Source: Chiloscyllium plagiosum
Taxonomy: Eukaryota
DNA: 64,000 bases
Direction of reading: 5' to 3'
Assembly (NCBI RefSeq): GCF_004010195.1
Contig: NC_057711.1
Span: forward strand, 81,419,366-81,483,365
In this document: positions 35,731 through 49,654 of the stretch, piece after piece
Layout: every line of letters starts with the position of its first letter
Numbering within the stretch: position 1 is the stretch's first letter
Made by a program: the position numbers and the translations under genes
The notes under the pieces: generated by a model
What the model saw: the letters and a program-made list of their open reading frames with translations, nothing else
Told to the model about the DNA's origin: nothing
The model's database searches: none

Positions 35731-35799
35731 TTTAATGCATGCATTTCTTTTCAAAAACCCTTTAAACAGAGTAGAAGGGAGAAAGGAATGGGCTGTTTC

Positions 35800-36445
35800 T
35801 TAGCAATGAGATATCCAATGCACAGTTAGATAAGCAGAGAAAAGTTATTTTGAAAAGGTTAGGTAATGTGTAGATTACTGTTATATAGAATGGGTTGTCT
35901 TAGCTGAGTAGTTTGGGCTGAAAAAGTCCTGAGCGGTTTAATGTCAGTCAAAGAAAACTCAAGAAGCTGGCTGTGAAGCAATGTTAAGAAATAAGTGATC
36001 TTTGTGTGCAGTTTGTTTATGGAGAGACATTATCTGCAGAAGATAGCATTGAGTGAATGCAGAAGTTGCCAGAAATAAAATGAGTACAGCTGTGCCAACT
36101 GAACAGGGAATTTTAAAATAGAATCAGTGACTCCTCACTAAAGTTTGAATATCTGTCGAATTGTTTTAAGGGTAAAAGAAATTAATTTTTGTTTCTGATG
36201 CTTTGAATAAGACAATTTTGAACAGTGCTTATATAGTTAAAATTGATTATGATCCTTCTTCCTTTTGTGTTTAACAAACTTTGATGTTTGTTTATTAAAA
36301 ATACATTGGAAGCCCCATGTAGATTCGTTCAGTAACTGACCACCCTGGTAAAACAATTGGAAATCATAAAATCTATGATTTATTCAGCCACGTTTCACGT
36401 TGAAATCTGACTTGCTTAGCATTGCCATCAGCTGGCACTATATCA
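35800..36445 (+). mobile_element. Probable degraded solo LTR
   Basis: LTR-like 3' part (tttattaaaa...gtaactgaccacc...atctgacttg...tatca); termini eroded. Confidence 0.35.
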
Positions 36446-38759
36446 ATGTAATTCCATACAAAATAAATTGTTAAATACCAATGGGAATTTTCCAACTTAC
36501 AGCTTTCTAATCATTTGAAATGATTATCAGTCACTTTTTGTATATCACATCAAAATTTCTAATACTCAGATACTGCACGAAGATTATTACCAAAATTGTG
36601 AATTTGAAATCACTTACATTGTGAATCTTGAATTATGTTATTTAACCATAATTGTTAGGATGATAAATGAAGCTGTGGCAGTTCAGGCAACCAAAGTCAT
36701 TGAGCACACAACATTCTGTTCACTTCAGGAAAAGCAGCCAAGGAGCTCTTTGAGTAATTAACTGGTGAGCTAAGTGAGTAGTAAAATGAGCAAAGTGACT
36801 AACAGGGTTTATGTTCTCTAGCATACTTGTGAATAAGAGACTTTTACCTTGTCAGATTCCAGAGAAAAAAGGACATAATTCACTGCATCCGATAATGTTC
36901 CAGCAAAATCAAGTCTGAGTGTTCCAAATGGATGCAATTCCTTCTGCCAGGAACATTCAGCTGGCACAGAATTAAATGGTTCATGATGCTTGGCACTTTC
37001 TCGAGTCATCCTCTACAAATTTTAAATTTTCAGATATTTCACAAAAACTTCACAAATGCTGCTGAGTGAAATTGTTTTAGTCAAAGAAGCCTTTAATGTT
37101 TGCGCTCTTGCCATGTACTTTAAGATTCTTACTTGAAAAGGCACTTGAATTTAGTGGCACAGTGCGTCGGTGTCAGTTTATCTGGCACAAAGGCTGCCTC
37201 AACATCTGTATGTCTAAACAATATGAAATTACAGAGGGAAATAAATCAATAGCTGGTAATGTGTTTTCCATGAGGAGACACAGCATTCTGTCCTCTAAGC
37301 TGTTAGCAGGTGTGCTGGGTGCATACAGATGAGCTGATAAAAGGCTGATTCGAAAGATGGTTTGAAAACACATGCTTTGCTAGCAATGACTTTTTAAGTC
37401 GCAATACATCAAACAGACAGTGTCAGCCTTTGAGGATAAATCTGTGATGGCTTGTTGTGCCTTTTTCAACTGCTGCTGAAGCCAAGAGACTAAAAAAGTG
37501 CCTGAATGTCACATTAAATCTACTTGGGAGAATGGAGCGCTTCAAAGAAGAGTGCAATCATATTTGATGGAAAATATATTTCCTGAAAAAGCCTGGGTGA
37601 AATAGACATGCGTAATTACCATAAAGTTGAAACAGACTGGTATTTTTCTTCAGCTGCATCTTATCTTTATTGAATTAACAGTGTCAATGGAAGTTCTGTC
37701 AAAGGGAATCTGCATAAAAATTGAACATAAATGCAGTCTGAAGAATAAATAATGTACATTCAGTTGCTAACACGAAGAAGGCTTTTTTCACATAGGTAAT
37801 TAGATTGATGCTAGTCTCTATATCAAATGCACTCATTTATTTTGCTGTCAATATGTAGCTGAGAACGTACATCAAGTTTTATTAATTTTTATCTCTAATG
37901 GCTGTCAGTTTTTTTTGTGGTTTGTTATGTTTACTTGCTACATTTACAAAATCAAAGTGGTGACAGGCTCCAAAGCACAAATGCAATGACATGAATAAGT
38001 AAATATTTAGTGAGATGAAGAGCTGAATTTCTGCTTTCCATCAGTAGCTTGTCAATATCTCTCACACATATACTTAGCGCCTTCTCTAATGTGGAACAGT
38101 CCTCAGACAGATGGGACTGATCGTTATAGGATGAAGTTCCAAAGGCTGGGTCCAAAATGGGGATTGCAGAGAATAGGGCAGGAGGTCAAAGTAGACATTG
38201 GGACTCCTGTCCAATATAATGAGATGCACAGCTAGAGGCCAATCAATCACAAGTATCAGATGGCAGAATGTGCTTTGTTTAAATAGATGGAAGCACCGTT
38301 TAGAGGCAGCAACGTGAAGGCACCTGGAATTGAGTCAACAAAACTTCAATTACTTGCTGTGTCCAGACCCTGGATGAGATTCCACAATTCGTCACAGTTC
38401 CAAATGGGATATCCCAAATCGTTTAGCTTCCAAGTGAGGAGGGAATGAGCTAGCTCCCCTTTATCCGCCCATCCCTTGGTTGGACACAATAAGGCTAATA
38501 TTAAACCAAATCCCTTTTGTTGTGAATTATATGCTTCTTTATCAGCATTCTGCATGTACCTACTGCACAAAATTAAACTTTTAGACTAAATTTAATTGCC
38601 CAGTGATTTGGGAAAGCCAGTACCCAAATTCCTACCCTATACACCCTTATATTTCTATCTGGATTTATACCTTTTCAGGAGATCACATGGTTTTTGTTGT
38701 GTGATGAATATATATGCTGTGATACATAAAGGTACGATGTTATATCAAACAGACTGGAT

Positions 38760-39995
38760 AGAGTCATAGAGATGTACAGATAGACCCTCCAGTCCAACTC
38801 GTCCATGCCGACCAGACATCCCAAATAAATCACATCCTATTATCCAGCATTTGGCTCATATTCCTCAAACCCTTCCTATTCATATATCCATCCATGTACC
38901 CTTTAAATGTTATAACCGTACCAGTCTCCACTACTTCCTCTGGCAGGCTCATTCCATACGCACACTACCCTATGCATGAAAAATTGCTCCTTTTACATTT
39001 TTCCCCTCCCNNNNNNNNNNNNNNNNNNNNNNNNNNNNNNNNNNNNNNNNNNNNNNNNNNNNNNNNNNCAGGGAAAAGATCTTGTCCACCCCATCCATGC
39101 CCCTCCTGATTTTATAAACCTCTATAAGGTTTAAATCTCAGCCTCTAACACTCCAGGGAAAATAGCCCCAGCCTATTTAGCCTCTCTCTACAGCTCAAAC
39201 CCGCTAACCCTGGCAATATCCTTGTAAATCCTTTCTGAACCTTTTCAAGTTTCACAACAACAGTCCTATAGGAGTGGTACCAGAATTGCACACAGTATTC
39301 CAAAAGTGACTCTCAACCCTCTGAGAGAAAAAAAACTCCTCCTCATCTCAGTCTTAACTTGGCATCCCTTAATTCTGAGACTCTCCCCTCTGGTCCTCGA
39401 CTCTCCCATGAGGGGAAGCATCCTCTCAGCATTTACCCTGTCAAGCTGCTTAAGAATCCAATATGCTTTAATGAGATTATCTTTCATTCTTCTAAATTCC
39501 AGTGAGTAGAGTCCTAACCTGTTTAGCCTTTTCTCATAAGCCAACCCCTCCATAGCAGGGATCTCCTGGTGAGCCTTCTCTGAACTGCACCCAATGAAAT
39601 GATATTTCCCTCAATAACAGATCAAAACTACTTACACTACTCCACATGTGGTCCCACCAGCACCTTGTACACCAGCACCAGCAGCAAGACATCATTACTC
39701 ATACTGGATCAATGGTGCTGGAAGAGCACAGCAGTTCAGGCAGCATCCGAGGAGCTCTTCGGATGCTGCCTGAACTGCTGTGCTTTTCCAGCACCATTGA
39801 TCCAGAATCTGGTTTTCAGCATCTGCAGTCATTGTTTTTACCATCTTTACTCATACTCCAACCCTTTTGAAATAAGGGCCAACATTCCATTAGCCTTCCT
39901 GATTATCTGCTACATCTGTGTGCTAGCTTTCTGTGTTCCATGTACAAGCATCCCTAGTCCTTTTGTGTAGCAGATTTTTCCAGTACTTCTCCATT
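38760..39995 (-). mobile_element. Two adjacent CR1 3' fragments (one spans an N gap)
   Basis: ORF 39266..39553 GLAYEKRLNRLGLYSLEFRRM..ESRTRG; CR1 tail at 38760. Confidence 0.85.
39706..39841. mobile_element. Hairpin mini-element from a Penelope family A-like terminus
   Basis: Near-perfect inverted arms of about 46 bp around the ggagctct loop; TSD catc.ttactcatact at 39690-39705 and 39842-39857. Confidence 0.85.
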
Positions 39996-39997
39996 TA

Positions 39998-40332
39998 TGG
40001 GAGGTGACGGCCTCATACTATTATGACTTAACTGTTAATCCAGAAATCCATGTAATGTTACGTGGATCCAGGTTTGAATCTCGCCATGGAAGATGTTGGA
40101 ATTTGAATTCAATAAAAATCTGGAATTAAGAGTCTATTGCCTAAAAAAACAATCTGGTTCACTAATGTCCTGTGGGGAAGGAAACTATCATTCTTACATG
40201 ATCTGACTTACATGTGACTCCAGACCCACAGCAATGTAGTTGGCAATTAGGTTGACAACTGTGACAATTACAGTTGGATAATAAATGCAGACCTAGCCAG
40301 CAATGTCCATATCCTGTGAATGAGAAAAAGTT
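39998..40332 (+). mobile_element. tRNA-derived SINE with L2-like tail
   Basis: B-box-like GGTTTGAATC; core ctggttcactaatgtcc...catgtgactccagacccacagcaatg; A-rich end. Confidence 0.8.
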
Positions 40333-40339
40333 TAAAACT

Positions 40340-40918
40340 GTACAATGCATTAGTCAGACCACAGCTGGAATACTGTTAGTGGTCTGGGCCTCATATCAAA
40401 GGAAATCTGTACTGGAATTGGATGCAGTTCAGACAGAGTTCACTAGGGTAACACTAAGTATGGACGGATTGTCTTATGAGGAGAAGTTGCGTAGGATGGA
40501 CCTATACTTTTTGAACTATAGAAGAATGAGAGGTGACCTTATTGAATTATACAAGATTCTTAAAAGACTTGACAGGGCAGATTTGGAAAGTTGCTTTCCC
40601 TTGTGGAAAAGTCCAGGAACAGACAGCATAATCTCAGAGAAAGGGGTTGCATATTTCAGGGAGTCATGAAGAGGATTTTCTTCTATCAGAGAGTAGTGAA
40701 TTTATGGAATTCTTTACCACAGGGTTTGAATAAGTAGAGCCATTAAGTATATTCAAAGCTGAGACAGATTTTTCATCAGTAAGAGAATCAAGGATTATGC
40801 AGAAAAGGCAGGAAAGTAGTGTTTATGATTATCAGATAAACCATGATCTCATTGAATATCAGAGCAGACTTGATGGGCTGGATGGCCTATTCCTGTTGCT
40901 ATGTCTTACAGCTTTATG
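40340..40918 (+). mobile_element. CR1 3' fragment
   Basis: GLSYEEKLRRMDLYFLNYRRMRGDLIELYKIL followed by a tail. Confidence 0.85.
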
Positions 40919-42237
40919 CATATTGCTAATACAGAGTTTTGTCTCAATCACATTTCTTTGACCTCTCAAATGTCCAAGGTTTAAATGAAATTTGATTGAG
41001 GTATCTAGACAGATTAGTTATGGAGTAAATATTGCCTTTGGTGGAAGGGTTGAATGGAAGAACCAACAGTGACATGAGGAAAATGTCTTAATGTAGGGTA
41101 TAGTTAGGATCTGGAATTTGCCACCTGGAAGTATTTTGTGGGCAGTTTAAACTGTTAATTTTAGAATAGACTTGGATAATCCACCAAAGGAGAATACATC
41201 TGCAGGCTTATGCAAAGAGAATGGGACGGTGGGAGTTGCCGATTTGCCACTACAGACATGACAGGCCAAATGTTCACCCCCGTCCTGTAATTATTCTCTA
41301 AGTTGATGATTTTAAGTAAGTGGAGTGTTAGCATACATGTAGGGAGGATGACCCCATATAAAACAAAAAGGTTGCAAAGTCTAGCTGTGTGGCTTTGGCT
41401 CTGTGGGTGTTACCTCATTTCCAAAATGGCATCTATGCCAATTTTCACTCTCCTCTGGCATGGCCTGCGATGAGCACCAGGGGACATTAGCTGCATGAAC
41501 TGGAAGTATTCAGGGTTTTCAAATTGAGCAGTCCATTTTTTGCCTTGCTACACTTTCTAATGCCATCTCACAGTGACATACAGCTTAAACTGAATTCAGC
41601 AGATGGAAGAACACCCAAAGTACCATCAAAAAAAGCATTAACAATTTGCAGTTTAGTTGGTTTTTTCCTCTATTGTCTGTGTTTGGGTTTATGGAAGAGT
41701 TTTGAGGAATTGGTCTTTATTCAAGAATGGAGGAACAGCAGAAAAGTATGGGCCAGTTAGATCAACATCAGTCAGGAATATAGCGAAGTTAAACAAGTGG
41801 GCAGAAATTTGGCAAATGGAATTCAATATTGGAAAAGGTGAACTTATCCACTTTGGTGGGAAGAATAGGTAAAAAACATAATTTTATGAGGAACATTACA
41901 GCTTAAAGTGCTGTGGCATCTGGTGTCATGAATCACAACTAATATTCTGTTTAATAAAAAAAGATATGAACTATTAACCGTTTAACCTCATCAACAACCT
42001 AAAATGCCTTTGGATTTTGATTTGACAGAATACAGCACAAAAAAGCTGGGACACTTTAATATGGCTGCTAAACTGGCCTCAAGGAACCAAGCAGTGTGAC
42101 ACAATTGTAGCAAACCTCAGTGATAAGATGTCTAGCTACTGCAAAGTTTAATGTTCAGATTATGTGCAAACATACACTTCACATCATGCGGGAAATGCTA
42201 CTTTCCTGGTTGTGGCTATAACATACTCTTTCTGCAT

Positions 42238-42325
42238 CGAGAGTGTGGTGCTGGAAAAGCACAGAAGGTCAAGCAGCGTCCAAGGAGCAGGAGAATTGAC
42301 ATTTCAGGCATAAGCCCTTCATCAC
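42238..42325 (-). mobile_element. Penelope family A terminal fragment
   Basis: gtggtgctggaaaagcac...gcataagcccttcatca. Confidence 0.8.
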
Positions 42326-42409
42326 TCCTGATGATCAATAGGGGCTCAGGGCAGTCCTCGTAGCCAACAGTCTTCATCAGTGAATTATTGTTTTAGAATT
42401 TAGAATTCA

Positions 42410-42672
42410 CTGCCCCTCCAAAGAGTATCCCACTCAGACCCATTGTCCTACATTTCCCCTGACTAATGCATCTAGTTTATACATCCCTGAACACTATGGA
42501 CAATTTAGCTTGGTCAATTCATCTAGCCTGCACATCTTTGGACCATGAGCACACCCATGTTGACACAAAGAGAATGTGCAAACTCCACACAGACAGTCAC
42601 CCAAGGCTGGAATTGAACCCAGATCCCTAGCAGATTGAGGCAGCAGTGCTAACCACTAAGCCACCATGCTGC
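42410..42672 (-). mobile_element. HE1-type SINE
   Basis: gaggcagcagtgctaaccactaagccacc end; V-domain gaatgtgcaaactccacac. Confidence 0.88.
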
Positions 42673-43352
42673 TCCAGAAAGCAGATCGGCCAGAAGAGGT
42701 GGAGGAAGACCCATAGTTCCCTTACAGTTCATCTAGAGAGTGGAATGCTGTCTTCATAACTTTAATGAGACTGACACATTCTGCAACCACAGCCTGTTTG
42801 GCCTCTGGCAATGAACCATCTTCAATTATCACATTTGTATATTTCTTTGTGTAATTAGCTAATGTATCATATTTAAATTGTTGCTTTACAACCTCAATAA
42901 ATTATCTGAAAATTGTCTAGAATTGGCCAACTGCCTGTAGGTAACGGTGATCACAAACCCCAAAAATCTAACATCTGGCACACTCGATACCTTTTCTTTC
43001 CAAGAGGAACTGCATCATCTTTACCCAGAATAAGTTTTGTTTTTGTTACAGTTTTCCTTTCAGGGAGTGGTGGGGCAGGGAGGGTGATGGAGGCTGTTAC
43101 CTTTGAACTTCATTAATTGGTCAAAATTAAATGTCTTTTTGTAAAGAATATAATGAGAAGCATGCAGCCACAAGAAACATCGACAGACAATTGTGGTGCT
43201 GAAGCGATGATTAAATTGCCTTAACCGATCTTGAGGTACCCTGTAATACTCTGGTGGTCTTCTGCCTTCTCCATAAGCTGGCCATTATGAGGGCACAATC
43301 CTTTACAGATGCTCCTGGTTGACTGTGGATGCCTTGATGGATAGCCACATGT

Positions 43353-43485
43353 CCTGGATCAGTGGTGCTGGAAGAGCACAGCAATTCAGGCAGCATCCTC
43401 GGATGCTGCCTGAATTGCCATGCTCTTCCAGCACCACTGATCCAGAATCTGGTTTCCAGCATCTGCCGTCATTGTTTTTACCTCG
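43353..43485. mobile_element. Hairpin mini-element, same family as 39706-39841
   Basis: Inverted arms; perfect 15-bp TSD TGGATAGCCACATGT at 43338-43352 and 43486-43500. Confidence 0.9.
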
Positions 43486-45547
43486 TGGATAGCCACATGT
43501 GCCCATCAATAGAGCCTTCCACTTTAGGGGATCATGCACTGGCTCTAATCCCTCTTGCTATCTCAGCTTGGCTATCATCATCAAACTTTATGAAGGGCTT
43601 CCACTCTTCTGAATAGTGTATCAGTTAGCAGCTGTAAAATTGTATTCCATGAATGTGAGTTATGAGTCATGGCTGGCGTAGATTGTAAGTAGATGAATGA
43701 AACAAGTGTGGTACATAGAGCAATTTGTGAGCATAAGTGGTTCATGTATAAGAATGCAGTTTGTGAAGATGCATTAGCAGAACATGAGTAGGCAGAATCC
43801 AGAGAAGAGTACCAAAAGTGCGACCTGACCACAAGGTAAGATTGCACACAAATAGTTCAAAGGAATTCAGATGACTTTAATGGGGCAGCACATGGAAAGT
43901 TGCAGTGGACATGCACAGACGTATAGTGGAAAACATACCAGAAAGCTTGTGGTCACTAAGTATGGAGGGGTCCAGCAGCATTTTATGATATTGTTTTTGC
44001 AGAGGGCCTGGAGCTCAGGCTCACCAGTGAGGAAATGATGGCCATGAGAACAATTACAGAATGATTGCTGAAAGAGTCTCTGATAGCTTATATGTCAGCT
44101 TTTATGAATAAAAATACAAATAAAAATAAAAACCACTAAGTGGCTGAGTACTGCAATGAAAGCTTAGACAGAAATACTACAAGCTCAACTTGCTGAAGCA
44201 GGAATTTCCCAGGCCTTGAGGAGCATACCATATCTGCAGATATTCAAGTAACATCCACCACAGGCAGCTTTGCTAAAGGGAACTTTGCTAGGTGAATATC
44301 TTCAAGATATATGGATAGAAAGCTTTCATTAATCCCTCTTCTAGTTCTATTCTAAGACTCAGTAATAATAATGGGTGAAGGATGCCTCCATGAAAGTCTC
44401 AGTAGAAAAGGCACATCCTTGAGTAACAAGAAGGTGATTATTAAAAAGGAGTAAGTTAGCAAAATACAGTAGAGTAAAATTTAATAACAATATCAGCATT
44501 AGGCTGGAGATGTTGTTATCTCCTATGAATTAGTAGCTCTCTCTAAGCTACATGATTAGACTACAAGTTCTAATTGCAGACTGACTAACTGCCCTCAGAG
44601 GCAGCAATATGTGCTGATGAAAGTCATCATATAAGGTCATCTTTTGGTATCTCCCCTCACTAAAGGCAGCATTCTTCCACAAACTAAATTGCAGCCAATA
44701 GTGTAATACTGTATAAAAGTATGAGGATAGACAAAAGGACATGCAAAACACAAACTAAAGGAATACAGGAGTGATTTTCTTGCTTTTAAAATTTTGTATG
44801 GATGGTTTGTTTGCTAAAGTTATTTTCAAAACTTGTTTTGTCATGGGTTTTACTTTAGCATTGAGGCCAATATAAATTGGGAAATGATTTTGCTACAGTC
44901 TGAAGAAGCGAACTTTGGGAAGCTGACTGGAAGGTGGTGTGTTGGTTGCCCCTCCATTCTTCCCTCTTTCTCCTCTTTCCATTCTTCTCATCCTCTTGCT
45001 GGTCCATGTCCTCAGCTGGTCATACTAAAGCTGCCAACAAGAGTTGTACACTCATGATGGTGAGGTTGAGTGCAAAATATTTCCTTCATCTTTTTAAGAC
45101 GTTGACATGATCTGTCAATTGTCTCTAAAAACAATTTGCTATATTAGATGATCTGTTGAATTGACAACATCACTTATGGCTAAGCCACACAAATTTATTC
45201 AGTGCAAACAGGCAAACAAACTTCAAAGTCAAATTCTGTTCCCAAATTTGAATTTAAAATATACTTGGTCTAAATTTTAGTTGTCTAAAAAAGCAGCACA
45301 AATCCAATTTCAGGTAATTGCTGTCAAATCAGCCTACTCTCAGTAATCAGCAATTGATAGAAGGTGGCATTGATAGTATTATCAAATAGCACTCGCTCAG
45401 CAATGACCTGCTCAATTAGAATTATTCTAGGGTCATTTGGCTCATTTAAGCCTTGGTCCAAAAAAAACGAAATTCCAAAGGTAGTGAGAGTAACAGCCCT
45501 TGAATATCAAGACAGCACTTAACTGAATATGGCATCAAGGAGCCCGA

Positions 45548-47172
45548 GGAGAAAGTGAGGACTGCAGATGCTGGAGATCAGAGCTGAAAGTGTGTTGCTG
45601 AAAAGCGCAGCAGGTCAGGCAGCATCCAAGGAGCAGGAGAATCAACGTTTCGGGCATAAGCCCTTCTTCAGGAATGAGGAAAGTGTCCCCAGCAGGCTAA
45701 GGTAAAAGGTAGGGAGGAGGGACTTGGGGGAGGGGTGTTGGAAATGCGATAGTTGGAAGGAGGTTAAGGTGAGGGTGATAGGCCGGAGTGGGGGTGGGGG
45801 CGGAGAGGTCAGGAAGAAAATTGCAGGTTAGGAAGGTNNNNNNNNNNNNNNNNNNNNNNNNNNNNNNNNNNNNNNNNNNNNNNNNNNNNNNNNNNNNNNN
45901 NNNNNNNNNNNNNNNNNNNNNNNNNNNNNNNNNNNNNNNNNNNNNNNNNNNNNNNNNNNNNNNNNNNNNNNNNNNNNNNNNNNNNNNNNNNNNNNNNNNN
46001 NNNNNNNNNNNNNNNNNNNNNNNNNNNNNNNNNNNNNNNNNNNNNNNNNNNNNNNNNNNNNNNNNNNNNNNNNNNNNNNNNNNNNNNNNNNNNNNNNNNN
46101 NNNNNNNNNNNNNNNNNNNNNNNNNNNGGGGGTGGACCTGACCAGGTAGTCACGGAGGGAGCGGTCTTTGCGGAAGGCGGAGAGGGGTGGGGAGGGAAAT
46201 ATATCCCTGGTGGTGGGGTCCGTTTGGAGGTGGCGGAAATGACGATGGATGATACGATGTATATAGAGGTTGGTGGGGTGGTAGGTGAGGACCAGTGGGG
46301 TTCTGTCCTGGTGGTGATTGGAGGGGCGGGGCTCAAGAGCGGAGAAGCGGGAAGTGGAAGAGATGTGGTGGAGAGCATCGTCGATCACATTTGGGGGGAA
46401 ATTGTGGTCTTTGAAGAAGGAGGCCACCTGGGTTGTTCGGTATTGGAACTGGTCCTCCTGGGACCGGAGACGAAGGAATTGGGAATATGGGATAGCGTTT
46501 TTACAGTGGGCAAGGTGGGAGGAGGTGTTGTCTAGGTCGCTGTGGGAGTCGGTCGGTTTATAGTAAATGTCCATGTTGATTCGGTCGCCCTAGATAGAAA
46601 TGGAGAGGTCTAGGAAGGGGAAGGAGGAGTCTGAGATGGTCCAGGTAAATTTGAAGTCGGGGTGGAAGGTGTTGGTCAAGTGGATAAACTGTTCAACCTC
46701 CTCGTGGGAGCATGAGGCAGCGCCGATACAGTCATCGATGTAGCAGTGGAAAAGGTGAGGGGTGGTGCCAGTGTAGCTGCGGAAGATGGATTGTTCCACA
46801 TATCTTACGAAGAGGCAGGCATAGCTGGGGCCCATGCGGGTGCCCATGGCTACTCCTTTGGTTTGGAGGAAATGGGAGGATTGGAAAGGGAAGTTGTTCA
46901 GAGTGAGGACCAGTTCAGTCAGTCGAAGGAGGGTGTCAGTGGAAGGGTACTGATTGGTATGGCGGGAAAGGAAGCAGTGGAGGGCTTTGAGTCCTTCGTG
47001 ATAGGGGATGGAGGTGTACAGGGACTGGATGTCCATGGTGAAGATAAGGCGTTGGGGACCAGGGAAGCGAAAATCATGGAGGAGGTGGAGGGCGTGGGTG
47101 ATGTCCCAAATGTAGATGGGGAATTCTTGGACTAAGGGGGACAGAACCGTGTCAAGGTATGCAGAGATGGAG
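45548..47172 (-). mobile_element. Penelope family A element with RT core (internal N gap)
   Basis: MDIQSLYTSIP...QTKGVAMGTRMGPSYACLF...YIDDCIG...FPFLDL; DIYYKPTDSH; hammerhead motif at 45640-45675. Confidence 0.93.
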
Positions 47173-47594
47173 CCCTAACAAAGTTAGCGTCAATGGGAAT
47201 CAGGGAGAAGACTCCCTGCTGATTGGCATCACATCTAGCACAAAAAAAAGAAGGGTCTGAGGAAGGGTCGCTCAACCTGCAACGTGAACTCTGATTTCTA
47301 TCCACACATGCTGCCAGACCTGCTGAGCCTTTCCAACAATTTCTTTTTTTGTTAAAGTTACAACGTTGTAGTCGTTGGAGATCAGCCATGTCAATCCATG
47401 GCATCACTGTAGATGTTCTTTAAGGATAGTGCCCTCGGCCCAACCATCGCTAGCTGATTCATCAATGACCACCCCTCCATTCTAAGGTCAGAAGTGGGGA
47501 TTCATAGACTCATACAGCACAGAGAAGGCCCTTCAGCCCAACGAGTCTGCACCAGAGTAACTACCAGTAAAATTTTGCTAATCCTAATTTTTGT

Positions 47595-47866
47595 AGATTA
47601 CATTACAGTGTGGAAACAGACCCTTCGGCCCAAAAAGTCTACACCGCCCTGCCGAAGCGCAACCCACCCATACCGCTACATTTACCCCTTACCTAACACT
47701 ACAGGCAATTTAGCATGGTCAATTCACCTGACCTGCACATCTTTGGACTGTGGGAGGAAACCGGAGCTCCCGGAGGAAACCCACGCAGACACAGGGAAAA
47801 ATGCAAACTCCACACAGTCAGTCGCCTGAGGCGGAAATTGAACCCGGGTCTCTGGCGCTGTGAGGC
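47595..47866 (-). mobile_element. HE1-type SINE (within a minus-strand CR1 tail at about 47505-48715)
   Basis: Reverse complement of the 25760 copy. Confidence 0.9.
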
Positions 47867-48145
47867 GTTTGTCCCATATCCTTGAATGTTATGATATTTG
47901 AAGTGCTCATCCAAATATCTTTTCAAATTTGTAAGATTTCCAGCCTTTTCTACCTTTCCAGGTATTGCATTCCAGATTCCCAGCACCCACTGAGTGAAAA
48001 CGATTTTTTCCCAAATCCCCTCTGAATCTCCTGCCCCTTATCCTAAAATTATGGTCTCTCATGATTGACTCCTCAAACAAAGGGAACAAGCTGCTCTCTA
48101 TTCACCATGTCCAAATCGCTCATAATCTTATACATCTCCCACCAT

Positions 48146-48470
48146 GGGGTGGCACAGTGGCTCAGTGGTTAGCACTGCTGCCTCACAACACCAAGGACCT
48201 AGGTTCAATTCCCACCTGTCAGTGTGGAGTTTGCACATTCTCCCTGTGTCTGCGTGGGTTTCATCCAGGTGCTCCGGTTTCCTCCCACAATTCAAAGATG
48301 TGCAGGTCAGGTGAATTGGCCATGTTAAACTGCCCACAGTGTTAGGTGCATTAGTCAGGGATAAATATAGGGTAGGGGAATGGGTTTGGGTGGGTTACTC
48401 TTCGGAGGGTCAGTGTGGACTTGTTGGGCTGAAGGGCCTGTTCCCACACTGTAGAGAATCTTATCTAATC
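48146..48470 (+). mobile_element. HE1-type SINE
   Basis: GGTGGCACAGTGGCTCAGTGGTTAGCACTGCTGCCTCAC...CCCACACTGTAG. Confidence 0.92.
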
Positions 48471-48932
48471 TCAATCTTTTTGCCCCATCAGTTTCCCATG
48501 CTCTAAAGAAAACAATACAAGCCAATGTAATCTCCCCTTATAGCTCAATTTCTTCAAACCAGACAACGCCTTGGTGAACCTCCTCTGTACCCTCTCTTGT
48601 GCTATCACATCCTTCCTGTAGTGAGGTGACCAGAACTGCTAACAGCTCTTAAGTTGTGGCCTGACCAATGCTCTTTACAAGTCTAACATTACCTCCTTAC
48701 TCTTATACTCTATGCTACTTTTTTTGCCAATGATCACAAAATGATCAGCACCATTCACAGCTCTTCAGATACTGAAGCAGTTTTACGTCCAAATGTAGTA
48801 AGACCTGAAAAATATCCAGGTTTGGGCTGAAAAGTGACACACAAATGCTGGGCAATGGCCTTCACCAACAAGAGAGAATCTAACTACCATCACTTCACAT
48901 TCAATGGTGTTATTATCATTGAATCCCCACTA

Positions 48933-49430
48933 TTATACATGAGTTGGGAGGTCAAATTATGGTTGTACACGACATTGGTTAGGCCACTTTTGGAATACTG
49001 TGTTCAATTCTGGTCTCCCTGCTACAGGAAGAATGTTGTGAAACTTGAAAGATCTCGAGGTGACCTTACGGAATTTTCTTAAATCATGAGGGGCAGAGAG
49101 AGGGTGAACAGACAAATATTTTCCCCTAGAGTGGGCAAGTCCAAACCTAGAGGATATAGGTTTAAGGTGAGAGGAAACATTTAAAGGGGACATAAGGGGC
49201 AAGGTTTTCACCCTGAAGGTGGTATGTGTGTGAAATGTACTGCCAGCGGAAGTGGTGGAGACTGGTACAATGACAACATTTAAAAGGTGTCTAGATGGGT
49301 ATATGATAGAAAGAGTTTAGAGTGGTATGGGCCTAAAGTTGGCAACTAGATTAATTTAGGATATTTGGTTGGCATGGACTAGTTGGACCAAAAAGTCTGT
49401 TTCTATGCTGAACAACTCTAGGACTCTGAT
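48933..49430 (+). mobile_element. CR1 3' fragment
   Basis: LYTTLVRPLLEYCVQFWSPCYRKNVVKLER followed by a tail. Confidence 0.88.
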
Positions 49431-49654
49431 GCTACTAACCTCCAGTGGATTAACATCAACCAGAAACCGAACTGGACAAACCATATGAATTCAGTGGTAA
49501 CAAGAGTAAATCAGAGGCTAGGAATACTGTAATGAGTAACTCACCACCTGACTTCCTAAAATATGTTCACCATCTACAGGGCACAAGTCAGGAGTATGAT
49601 GGAATACTCCCCACTTGAAACCATTCTGGGTGACATGCTTGATTGGCACCACAT

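Noticed and set aside
39706..39805. Host pre-miRNA hairpin (also 43355-43445)
   Set aside because: The arms are Penelope terminal sequence flanked by TSDs; better explained as fold-back insertions
43560..44080. Harbinger transposase remnant
   Set aside because: Only a vague resemblance; I could not read a convincing DDE motif
45788..46574. Long ORFs of 117-248 aa
   Set aside because: Lengths are inflated by the N gap; the real part is Penelope ORF
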